From positions 127,388 through 191,387 of the IMG/VR virus record IMGVR_UViG_3300037067_012088: DNA of 64,000 bases. One strand, 5' to 3'. Numbering within the stretch: position 1 is the stretch's first letter; every line of letters begins with the position of its first letter. Below, in pieces: positions 9,064 to 19,800 of this stretch. The notes under the pieces were generated by a model. That model searched no databases. It was not told where the DNA came from and saw only the letters and a list, made by a program, of their open reading frames with translations. Origin of the DNA: a virus (lineage: Duplodnaviria > Caudoviricetes). The position numbers and the translations under genes were made by a program.

Positions 9064-9618
9064 TTATGCCGTCGCCCGGCTGGCGTAGTCCTCCACCAGA
9101 TTCAGTTCCTCCCGGATGTAGCGGCCCATGGAGTAGGCATCGGCGTGGGGTTTAGGGAGCGAGGGGATGAAGCCAACGGGCTTGATGGTGGTCATGAATG
9201 CATCGGCGCACTCAGCAGCTAAGGTCGCGGCGGCAATCTCGTCGGCCTCATACACGAAATCTCCGTTATCCACCTCCTCGCCATCCTCAATCTCCACCTT
9301 GGGCACCCATGTCTTGGTGGTATTGACATTGCAGTCGCGGATGATGTGGACATGGAAGAAGAGAGTAAGGGTCCGCTTGATGGCGGCGGGATCGGTCAAG
9401 TAGATGTAGGAGACATCGTCCCCGATATCGATTACTTGAGGTGAGGCGGCCCGCTTAGCCGGCTGATAGTAGTTCAAGAACAGGTTCTCCGCGAGGGTCC
9501 GATATTCCTTGGGGCCGCGCCAACCTAGTGCCCACCCTTCGCCGTGGGGCGTAATCATCCATTGGATGGGTTCAGAGAGCAGGGTGGCGAGGCAGCGGGC
9601 ATTGGGTGTGGTGATCAT
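9064..9618 (-). CDS. hypothetical protein
   Basis: 184-aa ORF. Confidence 0.6.
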   Translation of the reverse strand: MITTPNARCLATLLSEPIQWMITPHGEGWALGWRGPKEYRTLAENLFLNYYQPAKRAASPQVIDIGDDVSYIYLTDPAAIKRTLTLFFHVHIIRDCNVNTTKTWVPKVEIEDGEEVDNGDFVYEADEIAAATLAAECADAFMTTIKPVGFIPSLPKPHADAYSMGRYIREELNLVEDYASRATA

Positions 9619-9633
9619 GAGATGGGTTAAGAG

Positions 9634-10692
9634 TTAAACTGAGAGGGCGATCTGAGCAAGAGTGCGAGCATCCTTGGCATCCGCTGTCATCTTGGGCTCG
9701 AATACCAGCGGCGCGAAAGTGGGAATGGCGACTCCATCAACCAGTTCACTGGAGAAGAGGCCATAGAGCATGACGAACTCGCGATTGGTGGTTAGCTCAT
9801 TATACTCGACCTTGGCAATCTGGGGTTCGAAATTGGAGGCATAACGCGGGCCCTTCGGCTGCTTGCGCTGGAGCTTGGTAATCCACCCGTTGACCTCAGT
9901 TTGATGACCGCTACCGCACTTCTTGGCGGCGAAGATGGTGCCGAACCATTCGCGGGCGGCTTCCTTACCGATGTCAGTCTCACCACGCGCGCCGTGCAGG
10001 GCAACAACCAGTTCCTCAAGTACCTTCTGCGCCTGAGCGAAGAACGCCGGGGCTTGGGCGACGAGTAGCTTAGGTAGCTGACGCCACGCTTCGGCTAACC
10101 TGACATAGTCATCGATGGTGCCCAGTATCTTGATGGCCGGAAAACCACACATGAACATGCAGTAGTCGTAGTAGGGAGAGACCGCATCACAGAACGCCGC
10201 ATAGTGCGCGAATCGCGAGTTGAGAGTGGTGGTGGAGAAGGTGGGAAGGTAGCCTTCAATCCCGCCGGGGACGAGACCCTTTAACTGGTCGATAATCAGA
10301 TCGAGCGGAATCACCTCGGGGTCGCCGGTCGGCACGATGATCTTCTGCTTCTCCTTAGAGGTCGAGAACAACTCGCGCACCGCCTCAGGATTGTCGCGGA
10401 TGATGCTGGCGACCTCATTCAGTAGTCCGAACCACAAGATGTCCGGTGACACGACGGGAGTGTAGTGATTGGCCCAGCAGACCTCAAGGTAGGTGAGGTA
10501 GTTTGCGTGATAGAGGGTTCCCGGAAGATGGCCGCGCACCCATGTGTTGGGGTCAATCTTGGCGTCAGCGGCAATGTCTTGGATGGAGCGGACACGGTCG
10601 ATGCAGCTAGGTTTGTAACGGTCATCGGGACCGAAGATGCGCGGGGTGAGAGAGGGGTCGAGGATGATGGTGGTTGACATAAGATAGTTCAC
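9634..10692 (-). CDS. DUF4419-like protein
   Basis: H..VVSPDILW, FSTTT, CGFPAIKILGT.DDY and VNGWI motifs. Confidence 0.7.
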   Translation of the reverse strand: MNYLMSTTIILDPSLTPRIFGPDDRYKPSCIDRVRSIQDIAADAKIDPNTWVRGHLPGTLYHANYLTYLEVCWANHYTPVVSPDILWFGLLNEVASIIRDNPEAVRELFSTSKEKQKIIVPTGDPEVIPLDLIIDQLKGLVPGGIEGYLPTFSTTTLNSRFAHYAAFCDAVSPYYDYCMFMCGFPAIKILGTIDDYVRLAEAWRQLPKLLVAQAPAFFAQAQKVLEELVVALHGARGETDIGKEAAREWFGTIFAAKKCGSGHQTEVNGWITKLQRKQPKGPRYASNFEPQIAKVEYNELTTNREFVMLYGLFSSELVDGVAIPTFAPLVFEPKMTADAKDARTLAQIALSV

Positions 10693-11000
10693 TTGACATT
10701 CCGCGCGACTGGAGTGGCGCTAGCCACGACGAACCACTCCGCTTCCTTGACCTGTTCATCACCATAGCGAATACGGATCTCCACCGGTTCGGGAGCCGCT
10801 TGCACCCGGCGCTTGGAACGGTCAAACGGAGACGAGATGGACGAGACGGTCAGGTCAACGGTAGCCTTGCGTTTGTGGGCCTTAAGGTAGCGAGCGTAGA
10901 GGTCATCGATTGCGGCGATGGCGGCGCCCATGTTGGAGTAGATGCCGAGAGACGCAAGATGCGTCTTGTGGGCTTCGCCCAGTGAGTTAAGATGGGTCAT
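10689..11000 (-). CDS. hypothetical protein
   Basis: ORF track. Confidence 0.55.
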   Translation of the reverse strand: MTHLNSLGEAHKTHLASLGIYSNMGAAIAAIDDLYARYLKAHKRKATVDLTVSSISSPFDRSKRRVQAAPEPVEIRIRYGDEQVKEAEWFVVASATPVARNVK

Positions 11001-11006
11001 AAAGGG

Positions 11007-11300
11007 TTACCAAGAAACGGTGGTATAAGGACCAGAGGCCGGATGACCGGGATCGGGGTCCGGGTGGTGTTTGACGATATAATCCTCTTGCTGGAGCGCG
11101 GCCCAGAGAGCTTCTTGCTCGACATGGGTTGGCCAGCACGAAAGGCCGCCTGTGGTATATCCATGCAGTGGATGATTTATCTCGTAACGGCCTTTAGCGG
11201 CAGCATCTGCGATCTTGTCGTGAACGTGCTTAAGTAGAGGAGCGATGACAGGACCGTGCAGGTTGCGGTAAGTGATGAGGCGGGCTTCGGAGGCTTTCAT
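11007..11300 (-). CDS. hypothetical protein
   Basis: ORF track; internal Met chosen as start. Confidence 0.55.
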   Translation of the reverse strand: MKASEARLITYRNLHGPVIAPLLKHVHDKIADAAAKGRYEINHPLHGYTTGGLSCWPTHVEQEALWAALQQEDYIVKHHPDPDPGHPASGPYTTVSW

Positions 11301-11304
11301 GGAA

Positions 11305-11634
11305 TCAGTAGTCGTAGTTGCCTTCCTTGGCGGCGCAGAACTCGCCCGCCTCACACTCGGTGACGACAAAGGAGAGTTGAAGATGACCCCACTGGTCAAC
11401 GCTGGCCACAAAGCCTCCGGAACTGGAGTAGACGATCCCATTCGTCAGACGCTCAAGGTGGTCGCGCGCGACCTCCTTCATCTCGCGGATGGAGGGAATG
11501 GTAAGAGAGCCGGCCCACGTCCAGTTCATCTGATGCATGGCCTTGGCGACACGGGCGAAATCGAAGGACTTCATGATGTGGTCGATTTGCTCGGCGCGCG
11601 AAACGGTGGTGGGAGTGAAGATGGGCGAATTCAT
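11305..11634 (-). CDS. hypothetical phage protein
   Basis: FDF..V...M...W.W and SSGGF motifs. Confidence 0.6.
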   Translation of the reverse strand: MNSPIFTPTTVSRAEQIDHIMKSFDFARVAKAMHQMNWTWAGSLTIPSIREMKEVARDHLERLTNGIVYSSSGGFVASVDQWGHLQLSFVVTECEAGEFCAAKEGNYDY

Positions 11635-11643
11635 AGAACGGGA

Positions 11644-12243
11644 TTAGGTTGACTTGACTAGCTGATTCCATGCATCCAATACGTAGGGGCGGAGATTGTC
11701 AAGCGGGTTCTCAAGAAAGGTAGGCAACGTGACCACGAGATCGGCCTGTGCCTTGACACGGAAGGTATTCAAACGCTCTTCCTCATTCGCCGGCTCAAGG
11801 ATTGACCCATCAGTCAAGACTCTCTCGACATAGACGACCTTGCCGCCGAGTGACTTGATCCAGTCTGCTTCGTCAGCTTCATGGGTCGCGTATCGGCAGT
11901 CAGTGATAATCTGATGGACCCCCGCTGCAAGACCCGCGCGAACGGAGGCATCGATTTGATTAACCCAATAGGTGCCGTTGGACTCAGTGCGGCGCAACCG
12001 ACCATGCGCGACAAGGTCATCACGGAAGACGGCCTTCTCAGCGCTGACCTGACTCCATACCGACAGGCCATATTTGGCTCGAATGATAGGCTCTAGTTCG
12101 CGCTTCAATTGGTCTGCGAAAGCCCAACGCGCAACTGGTTGACCTAAGAGGGTGAGATGCTCAATGAGCAGGGTAGCGAAGGAGTCTTTGCCAGATCTGG
12201 CAACACCACTGAGGCCGAGGACGAGAGGTTTGAAGGAAGACAT
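11644..12243 (-). CDS. deoxynucleoside monophosphate kinase (T4 gp1-like)
   Basis: P-loop GVARSGKDS; FADQLK; ITDCRY. Confidence 0.8.
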   Translation of the reverse strand: MSSFKPLVLGLSGVARSGKDSFATLLIEHLTLLGQPVARWAFADQLKRELEPIIRAKYGLSVWSQVSAEKAVFRDDLVAHGRLRRTESNGTYWVNQIDASVRAGLAAGVHQIITDCRYATHEADEADWIKSLGGKVVYVERVLTDGSILEPANEEERLNTFRVKAQADLVVTLPTFLENPLDNLRPYVLDAWNQLVKST

Positions 12244-12249
12244 AAGGGG

Positions 12250-12768
12250 TTACTTGAGGGCTTTATGACGCTTCATGAACTCCTCGCGGGCGCGCTCAGG
12301 AGACCACGGTTCAATCTTGATGCCACTGGGAGGAAATGGCAAGTCCCGCCAATCATTGCGACTAGAGAGCGAAATCATCTCGTCAGCCAAGGCAGTCAAA
12401 TCGGCTTGCTTTACGGCAGCAGGCCAAGGGTAGCGTAATCCGAATCGGCGCGCGACCAACTTCTCTAACCGGACCTCGACATCGCGATAGGTGGGCAGAT
12501 AAGCCTTGAGATTCGTAACCACGTCACCGATAAGGCTTTCCACGTCGTCATGATGGAGCGCCTCGGCCTTGCAGTCATCCGGCGCGAGATCGTGAACGTG
12601 GCAAGCATGTTGGGCGACCGAAAGAGGTGCGTTGGTGTGACCAAGGAAGCGATTGATATGAGAGAGTGACCAGACAATGTTGTCAAGTCGGATCATCTTG
12701 ATAGTCGGACGACGGAAATAAAACTTGGTGCCGTCGTGAAGGCGGATATAACGGTGGGTGAGACTCAT
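12250..12768 (-). CDS. HD-domain 5'-deoxynucleotidase-like protein (YfbR-type phage family)
   Basis: LSHINRFLGHT..SVAQH, LHHD..E and VKQAD motifs. Confidence 0.8.
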   Translation of the reverse strand: MSLTHRYIRLHDGTKFYFRRPTIKMIRLDNIVWSLSHINRFLGHTNAPLSVAQHACHVHDLAPDDCKAEALHHDDVESLIGDVVTNLKAYLPTYRDVEVRLEKLVARRFGLRYPWPAAVKQADLTALADEMISLSSRNDWRDLPFPPSGIKIEPWSPERAREEFMKRHKALK

Positions 12769-13091
12769 GTCAACCGACTCCTCACTCTAGCCAACGCCGC
12801 ACGAATCTCAACCAGCACATGGTTGGCGCGCTTACTCGTGACACTGGCATCTGGTGCGCCATCCTCGTATCCCTCCAACATCTCGTATGAAGAGGTCAGC
12901 GCGGGCTCAACACTCGCCGCCAGCTTAGTCATCTCCTCCTCATGCACAATCTCAATCAGCTTGGCTGCATACAGGCAACTGGCCTCCCCGTTCTGCACGC
13001 GGTGAAGGAGGTCAAGCAACCCTCCCGCCACCGAGAGGTCAAGCTTCTGGTCGCGGGGGCCGGCATACTCACTGCGAGGTGGTAGGCTCAC
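12765..13091 (-). CDS. hypothetical protein
   Basis: Coupled ORF. Confidence 0.5.
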   Translation of the reverse strand: MSLPPRSEYAGPRDQKLDLSVAGGLLDLLHRVQNGEASCLYAAKLIEIVHEEEMTKLAASVEPALTSSYEMLEGYEDGAPDASVTSKRANHVLVEIRAALARVRSRLT

Positions 13092-13381
13092 GACAGCGTC
13101 CTCATGTGATATACCGAGTTCAGTGTCGTCAGCACTGTCACGCTGCCCTCGGCCACGATTGACTGGACAGGCGACGTAGAGAAGTCACCCAGTGCCACGA
13201 CCCCATTACGCTCATGACGCTCGACGTTGAAACGCTCCCCTACCTTGGGCGCGACCAGATAGGTGCCCTTCAAGGTATACCCCTCCGTAATCGGCTGCCA
13301 GTTATCGAGGGTATAGAGGTCGCCGTCTGGGCGATCAGGAAGGCGAGTGACCTTAGTCAGCTGAATATGGATTGGGCTCAT
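13088..13381 (-). CDS. hypothetical phage protein
   Basis: FSTSPV..I...T.NSVY motif. Confidence 0.6.
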   Translation of the reverse strand: MSPIHIQLTKVTRLPDRPDGDLYTLDNWQPITEGYTLKGTYLVAPKVGERFNVERHERNGVVALGDFSTSPVQSIVAEGSVTVLTTLNSVYHMRTLS

Positions 13382-13986
13382 AAAGTGGGATTCTCAAAGA
13401 CGTTACCGACCACCTCGAACACATTGAGATGAGCGATAAGCGCGGCCTCGTCAGCCAACCCATATTCACGCAGAAGGTAAGTTAGGTCACCCGTCTCGTC
13501 ATCGCCACCATCAATCCACTGGGACTCGCGGGCGGAGAAGTCTTGGAGTAGATCGTTGTGCTCGGTGACGCTCGGTCGATGAGACTCAAAGGGCCAGACA
13601 AACCCGTTATACGTGATATCCCCGTCTGAATCAAACGTGAAAGCCCCCTTGGCAAAACGCACAACTTGAGTATAGGTCTTGATATAGGGTTCAAGCGGCT
13701 CGGTATACTGACCGTTAGGGATGTTGTCGCCATAGTGGGTTTGATAGCTGCGTTCAGGGGTATGGTAGCGGACGATATCCCCCTCATAGATGTCAACTCC
13801 ATTGGAGTCTTGGAGGCCAGTGAATTGGGTGACGATAACGTCGTTCAGCTCCTCAATGGACACACGACACCACTGGTTGAAGGCCCAGATGGTCTCGCCG
13901 AGAATATGGCAGCCGCCATAGGACTTGTCGTGGAGCCATGTCTTGCGACCACTATGCCATGCGCGAAAGCTGATTGGGCGGTTCAT
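13378..13986 (-). CDS. YopX family protein
   Basis: FRAW, QFTGL.D.NG.DIYEGDIV and EVVGNVFENP motifs. Confidence 0.85.
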   Translation of the reverse strand: MNRPISFRAWHSGRKTWLHDKSYGGCHILGETIWAFNQWCRVSIEELNDVIVTQFTGLQDSNGVDIYEGDIVRYHTPERSYQTHYGDNIPNGQYTEPLEPYIKTYTQVVRFAKGAFTFDSDGDITYNGFVWPFESHRPSVTEHNDLLQDFSARESQWIDGGDDETGDLTYLLREYGLADEAALIAHLNVFEVVGNVFENPTL

Positions 13987-14260
13987 AGGCGTCTTGTTCG
14001 CTTCACTCACGGCGACGCGGTGTCTGACGACACGGTTGAATTGACATCCTTGATCTCGCCCCACTTGGGCGTAGACTCCTTGACCGTGTCCTCAAGCGCG
14101 TCCAGCTTCTCACTCAACACGGCTTCCTGTGATGAGGTAAGGGGCCAACGGGAGTCAAGCACGGCTTGGGCAGCAGACTGGAGCCGATGATACTGGAGTT
14201 CAAAGTGGGCCAGATACAGGATGGCCTGTTGAAAGGGGGTGAGGGTGTCGTTCATGGGCG

Positions 14261-14572
14261 TCAGTTTCTGTCAGCCTGTTCAATCTGGTCATACTCGTCT
14301 TGAGTCAAATCGGGATAGGGACTGATCCCCTTGGCCTCGTCAAACCGCCGAATCATCTCGTCTAGCAAAGCATCCTGTTCGCCGCCCAGATTAAGGGGGC
14401 CCCACACCTTCTCGATTACGGCGGTGGACAAGGCGGCGTCAGAGAGTTTGGCCACGCGATCGGTGAGAGCGAGCATCTTGAGGATGCGGTCGGCAGGCAG
14501 CTCGATATTGAATACGGGCTTCGGAGACGGAGGGGACCAGTCGTCCTTGACTAGGGGTGGCAGTTCGCTCAT
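14261..14572 (-). CDS. hypothetical protein
   Basis: ATG 6 nt after the promoter -10 box. Confidence 0.55.
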   Translation of the reverse strand: MSELPPLVKDDWSPPSPKPVFNIELPADRILKMLALTDRVAKLSDAALSTAVIEKVWGPLNLGGEQDALLDEMIRRFDEAKGISPYPDLTQDEYDQIEQADRN

Positions 14573-14578
14573 GAGAGT

Positions 14579-14607
14579 AGAGTGACCCACTTGGGTCTGG
14601 GTGTCAA
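14579..14607 (-). promoter_or_regulatory. class I promoter TTGACA-N8-CAAG-N5-CACTCT
   Basis: Recurrent motif. Confidence 0.7.
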
Positions 14608-14617
14608 GCATGAATCC

Positions 14618-15127
14618 TCACCACGGAAGCGTTTCCTCGATAGCTGGCTCCACATTCGCCGCCTCGATGAGGAAGTGGTCGCAGTCGAAATCCACCATAC
14701 GCTCGACCTCAAGAATGACATGCGTCTTGACATTACGGAGAGAGGGGCCTTCGCTGTCTTCGGGGTTATCGCACCCTTGTCGATACGTGCCCGTCTTGAC
14801 TACTCGTTTCTCACATACCTTGTAGACCAACCCTTTGATGTCAGGGCGTTCTTGAGTGTGAATGGTGCGTTCGCGCCCGCCAAATCCGCGCGCATGAAGG
14901 AGTCCGTAAGCCAGCGCGTTCACGATCTTGCCGTAGGTGTTCCCGTAGTGAAGGCCGATACCGAAAGAGGTGATGAAGTCGTAGATGGACTTGTCATCCT
15001 GTCTCATCTTGGCGATTTCTTCGCGCGCATCTGCTAGACTCATGGGGTAGCCACAACGCACGAAAACGCGGGGCGTGATGATACGCACCTTGTCGTGACG
15101 GCGATAGATGGGTTTGGAGACCTTCAC
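14618..15127 (-). CDS. hypothetical protein
   Basis: 169-aa ORF. Confidence 0.6.
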   Translation of the reverse strand: MKVSKPIYRRHDKVRIITPRVFVRCGYPMSLADAREEIAKMRQDDKSIYDFITSFGIGLHYGNTYGKIVNALAYGLLHARGFGGRERTIHTQERPDIKGLVYKVCEKRVVKTGTYRQGCDNPEDSEGPSLRNVKTHVILEVERMVDFDCDHFLIEAANVEPAIEETLPW

Positions 15128-15420
15128 TTAGATTCCCCGAACATGGTGTCTTTGGTCTTCCAAGCGGTCTTGAAAGCCTCCCAACGCTCTCTCGCCTCGG
15201 CGATCAGTTTATCATCACGCACGAACCCTCCTCGGGGAAACTGACCATCGCCAGACATCCACCGCTGCGTGTCACCTACCCATATCGTGATAGGTTCACT
15301 GCGGAAAGCACACTGGATATTGCCGATCCCGTAGCTGCGGAAATCAACGGTGACCTCGTCGTCCATTGAGAGGACGTGGTCAAGATCAACCCATGTCTTG
15401 TTGATCTTGTAGGGCTTCAC
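15124..15420 (-). CDS. hypothetical protein
   Basis: Coupled ORF. Confidence 0.55.
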   Translation of the reverse strand: MKPYKINKTWVDLDHVLSMDDEVTVDFRSYGIGNIQCAFRSEPITIWVGDTQRWMSGDGQFPRGGFVRDDKLIAEARERWEAFKTAWKTKDTMFGESK

Positions 15421-16634
15421 AGCTTGGCAGCCTCCGCTTCAACCCACTGTGCGAACTTGGCGGATTGGCTTGCGATCTTCTCGGCCAATGCCTTACCAGT
15501 GGGCGACGAAAGGGTCGGGAGAGGTAGCGCGCGAATGGCCTTGGCGAATGTGGCCAGCTTGGTTTTGTCAGGGGCTTTGGAGGCAGCTTGAATCTTGGCT
15601 TCCGCTTCATCGAGGAGCCTCTTCTGCTCAACCTTGCGTGCGGCTTCTGCGTCAGCTAGCTTCTGCGCCTGTTCACGGGCTTTCTCGGCTTCCTTGGCAA
15701 GGCGATCACGTTCGGCCTTGGCGGCAGCGTCTTTCGCGGCTTGTTCGGCGGCAGCCTTCTTGGCTTCCTCATTCCGTTTGGCTTGCGCGGCCTTCTCGGC
15801 GGCCTCACGTTCGGCGCGGGCTTTGGCCTCTTTCTCGGCGGCGATTCGACGCTCGGCAGCGATTTCAGCTTCCTTAGCGGCGCGTTCAGCGGCCAACTTG
15901 GCTTCGCTCTCCTTGCGGAGGCGTTCAGCTTCAGCAGCAGCCTTCTTGCGCTCCTCCTCAACCTTGGCGCGCTCGGCATCAAGAGCCTTCTGGCGCTCAG
16001 CGGCTTCAGCGGCTAGCTTGCGGTTCTCTTCCGCGAGACGGACGCGCTCGGCTTCCTTGGCGGCTTCAGCGGCGACACGAGCTTCCTCAGCCTGCTTGAT
16101 GGCGAGTTGCTTGGCTTCGGCAGCGGCTTTGGTGGAGTCGCGCAGACTGACATACTGCGCTTCCGGCATGTTGGCGAGGTCATAGAACTCGATCTGTGTG
16201 CCCGTGACAAGCGCGAAGGGAGTAAGCTCGGCAATGCGGGCGGCTTTGAGTGCGTCGGCCCGCTCCTTGGCCGCAATCTCTTCGGCCTTTTCAATCGATT
16301 CCATGCGCTGCTCAACCGGCTTGAGACGGTCTTCGAGGATGTTGTAAACTTGGTCCACAGCCTCCTTGTAGTTCTTGGCTTCGACACCAAGCTCCTTGCG
16401 CGCCTTCTCGGCGGCTACCCGGACCTTGCGCAGGTCGAGACGCATGACGCGGGCTAGCTTGGGACTGTTGACTGCGATCTCGGCCGCCTGCTTCTCCAGC
16501 GCGAGGAAGGCCTCGAAATGGGGCAGGTAAGCGTTCTTGACGGCGAGGGCGGATTCAGGGGTGATCAAGGCCAGCTTGTTGGCCTCAATCCCGGGGATGA
16601 TGGTGAGTTCGGTGGATGTGGATGGAGTAGTCAT
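15417..16634 (-). CDS. Ala/Glu/Lys-rich long coiled-coil protein
   Basis: Low-complexity A/E/K/R helical region of about 200 aa. Confidence 0.75.
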   Translation of the reverse strand: MTTPSTSTELTIIPGIEANKLALITPESALAVKNAYLPHFEAFLALEKQAAEIAVNSPKLARVMRLDLRKVRVAAEKARKELGVEAKNYKEAVDQVYNILEDRLKPVEQRMESIEKAEEIAAKERADALKAARIAELTPFALVTGTQIEFYDLANMPEAQYVSLRDSTKAAAEAKQLAIKQAEEARVAAEAAKEAERVRLAEENRKLAAEAAERQKALDAERAKVEEERKKAAAEAERLRKESEAKLAAERAAKEAEIAAERRIAAEKEAKARAEREAAEKAAQAKRNEEAKKAAAEQAAKDAAAKAERDRLAKEAEKAREQAQKLADAEAARKVEQKRLLDEAEAKIQAASKAPDKTKLATFAKAIRALPLPTLSSPTGKALAEKIASQSAKFAQWVEAEAAKL

Positions 16635-16849
16635 AGGAGAGAAGAAACGATGATAAGGATGGCAAGCCCAAGGAGCCCTAAGGTCGCCCACTCCCACGAG
16701 GTGAGCAGTGCGGTGACGAGGTAACCAACGGCTAGCACGGTGCCCCAACCCCGGATGGCGGTTCGCGCCGTGGAGTCAAGGGAGCGTCCTCCTAGCCAAG
16801 TGAGAGACAGGATGCTGAGGAAGCCGAGGATGGAGAGAAACGTGTTCAT
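16631..16849 (-). CDS. small multi-TM membrane protein
   Basis: Hydrophobic 72-aa ORF. Confidence 0.55.
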   Translation of the reverse strand: MNTFLSILGFLSILSLTWLGGRSLDSTARTAIRGWGTVLAVGYLVTALLTSWEWATLGLLGLAILIIVSSLL

Positions 16850-19800
16850 GTAGTGTGGGGTAAGACGTAGACTCGGATATCCTCTTCGGTCGGGATGCTA
16901 CTGCGGCGAGTGCCGCTCACGATGGTTGAAGAGCTGCGCATCACGGTATAGGCCTGCCCGTCGATGGTGAGGGTGTGCCAGATAGAGGGGGCTACCTCGG
17001 TCTCATAGGCGATGAGACGCTTGTCAGCGTGATAGACGGTGATGAACATGGTCAATAGCTGTTGTAGAATCGAATCACGGTGACGCCTTCGGGCAACTGG
17101 GTCAAATCGACCTCAAAACCCTCACGCATGTCGGCGCTCCATTCGGTGACGGCGTCGGTCTTCTCAATATCGACTTCAACGCCGGCTTCATCGGGTGGTG
17201 CGTAATCGAAGAAACGGGTGACCGAATCGGGCACTTGGGTGCCGGCGTCTTGGCAGGCATCATAGACCGCCTTCATCTTGCGCCATTTGTCGTCGGCAGG
17301 ACGGAAACCGACTATGTGGGTGGACATGCTCATCAGTTGATGGGATAAAGGACTAGAGCCGGCTTTCCACCCTCACCGTCATCCGTAACCTCACCATACC
17401 ATGTGGTCTCAGCATGATAGTAGGCATTGGTCAGTGAATCTAGGGGAGAGTAGCCATTGCCTTCGGCATCCTTTGACAGGATGACGATGCTATTGGGATC
17501 TGATTTGGAGAGCAGATTGATGAGTTTGGCGACGGTCATGGGCGTTCTTGAGTATAGGTGCCAGAGCGTTCCGGCGGGTAAACAGAGGGTTGCGAGTCAC
17601 CATCAAGCACGACGTGTTGGCTACCGCACTCGATGGCTTCATCGGCGGCGATCTGTAGCAGCTTCTGAAGGGGACTATCTCCCTCGTAACGGTCATCCTC
17701 AAGTCTAGATGCCACATCCTTGGCGAACCCCTTGGCGTCCTTGATTCGCGCCCCGAGTAGTTCGGGACCGTTCTGGAGGGCGTAAGCAAGGGTCTCGACG
17801 CCGATGGAGATGACCAGTTGGTTGCCGGTCACCTTGATGGTGAGAGCGCGATTGGCGGGTTTGACGGATTTAGTGGGCATGGGGGTTAGGGAATGAGTCG
17901 TTGGAGTATCTCCAAGACAAGGATGAGGAATCCGGTCACCCCGATTCCGACGACGGGAATCATGAGATAGCCGTGACGGGTGTTGCAGAGACGATTGAAG
18001 GTAGATTCGAGTTTGCTCATGGGTTGGAGTCCTTATTGGTGAGTAGTCCCAGTCCCGCGCAAGTCAGTCCTGCGAGAAAGAACCACGCCCACCCACCGTT
18101 GCCGTGGACCAGCACATAGGCTGATGCCGCAATACAGATGAGGGCTATGACGTTGATTGGTGACCATGTCTTCATGGCTTCGGCTTGTAGACCTCAAACT
18201 GGTCGATGTCATCGAGGGAGTCATCCTGCCAGTCGTTCACATTGATGAGGGAGTTAATCTCTTCCTCGATGCGACGTTCACCGTTGTCGAGTCCCTTGCA
18301 GAGGCGTTTATACTCAGCGGCCGACATCTCCACGATGGAGGTATAGCGAGTTGAGCGAGTAACTGAGATGAGGACCTTCATGGCGGTTAAGCGGTAGGGG
18401 GTTCAGAGAGCTTGTTCGGTCCCGTAATCACCGCGACCGGGATCTTGGTGCAGACCTTGAGGATGCCTGCCTCCTTCATCTGCTTGCGTTTGACCGTCTC
18501 CAATGCCTCAGCTACCGACTTCACGGGGATGAGTTTGCCACGCTTACTGGCGTTAAAGGCATGAGCGGCCTGATTGATGCGGTCGAACACGGTATGGGGA
18601 CCATCCATTTCGGCGATTTGAACCACCCATGCGGTCGAGGGCTCCGTGGATACCACCACATACTGCGTCTTCTGGCGCGGGGTGGGGTCTTCCTTACCGG
18701 CGTCTTCTTGAGCCAGTTTGGCGTTCAGGTCCTCCAGAATGGCGCGAACGTCAGGCGGGGCGACTTTGTGCTGCTTAAGTGTCTCGGCGACAATCGAGAG
18801 GTCAATCTTGTTGGACATGGTATATTGGGTTAGGATTGGGTAACGAGAGTCTCGGCCAGCGCAATCTCGGCGGCCACCTTCTTGAGGTAGGCGGCACGCA
18901 GATTCCGGGGCTGCTTGTTGTAGTCGATTTTCGCTCGACGCCACGCTTGTTTCAGGCGAGCGTCTCCAGCAGGAAACACGTTAAGGCGATTGAAGAGCTT
19001 ACGGAGGATATGGGTCTTGGCTTGGTTCATGAGAGGTTAGCGGTAATCAGCTTGTCGAGAGTCTTGCGGGTCACATTGCCCAAAATGCTCTCGGGGCGCA
19101 TTCCGTTCGGCAGCATCCTCGCCTTGAGTATCGAGAATAGATTGCGTCGTTTGGGGTGAGTGCAAGCCACAAAGGCCGCATGTTGGACGAGGTTCCCGTC
19201 GAGTTGACTGAATTGGTCCACTCCGTTGAGCAGGATGATGGTAGGATATATGGTCATAGGGTTAACTGAGGTTTGCCGCGATATAGCGGTTAAGGGTGGG
19301 CATGCCAATTGGCTTCACAAAATGACTGAGCGTCAAGCCCTCGTGATTGAATCCCTTGGGGTAACGCGCCGTCTTGATGAGCGCGAATTGGGGCTTCTTG
19401 GTCTTGAGACGCACGGCGAACAGGCGCGCCGAGTTGATCTCGCGCTGGGGATACGACTCCCCAATATCGGGGACTATCTTGATGATGGCGTTCATGGTGA
19501 TGGAGGCTTAGGCATGTTCGCGACCAGCAGGAAGACGATCACGATAAGGAAGGCTAGGGCGGCGATGGTGGTCATCAGTTGAGGTATTCGCGCTCGATGG
19601 TTACGGAGCCAGTGAGCCGATCGATGATACGATAGTCCACCCAGTCGCGGCAATAGGTTTGACGCGTCGATTCAAGAGGCAAGCCAGTGAAAGAATCTTG
19701 ATAGGTCTTACTCCAGTTCTCCAAACCGCGCTCCGCCACCTCTTTCCGATAGCGATTAAACAGGCGGTCCCACAGATTGAGTTTTTCAGGTTGGTAGGTC

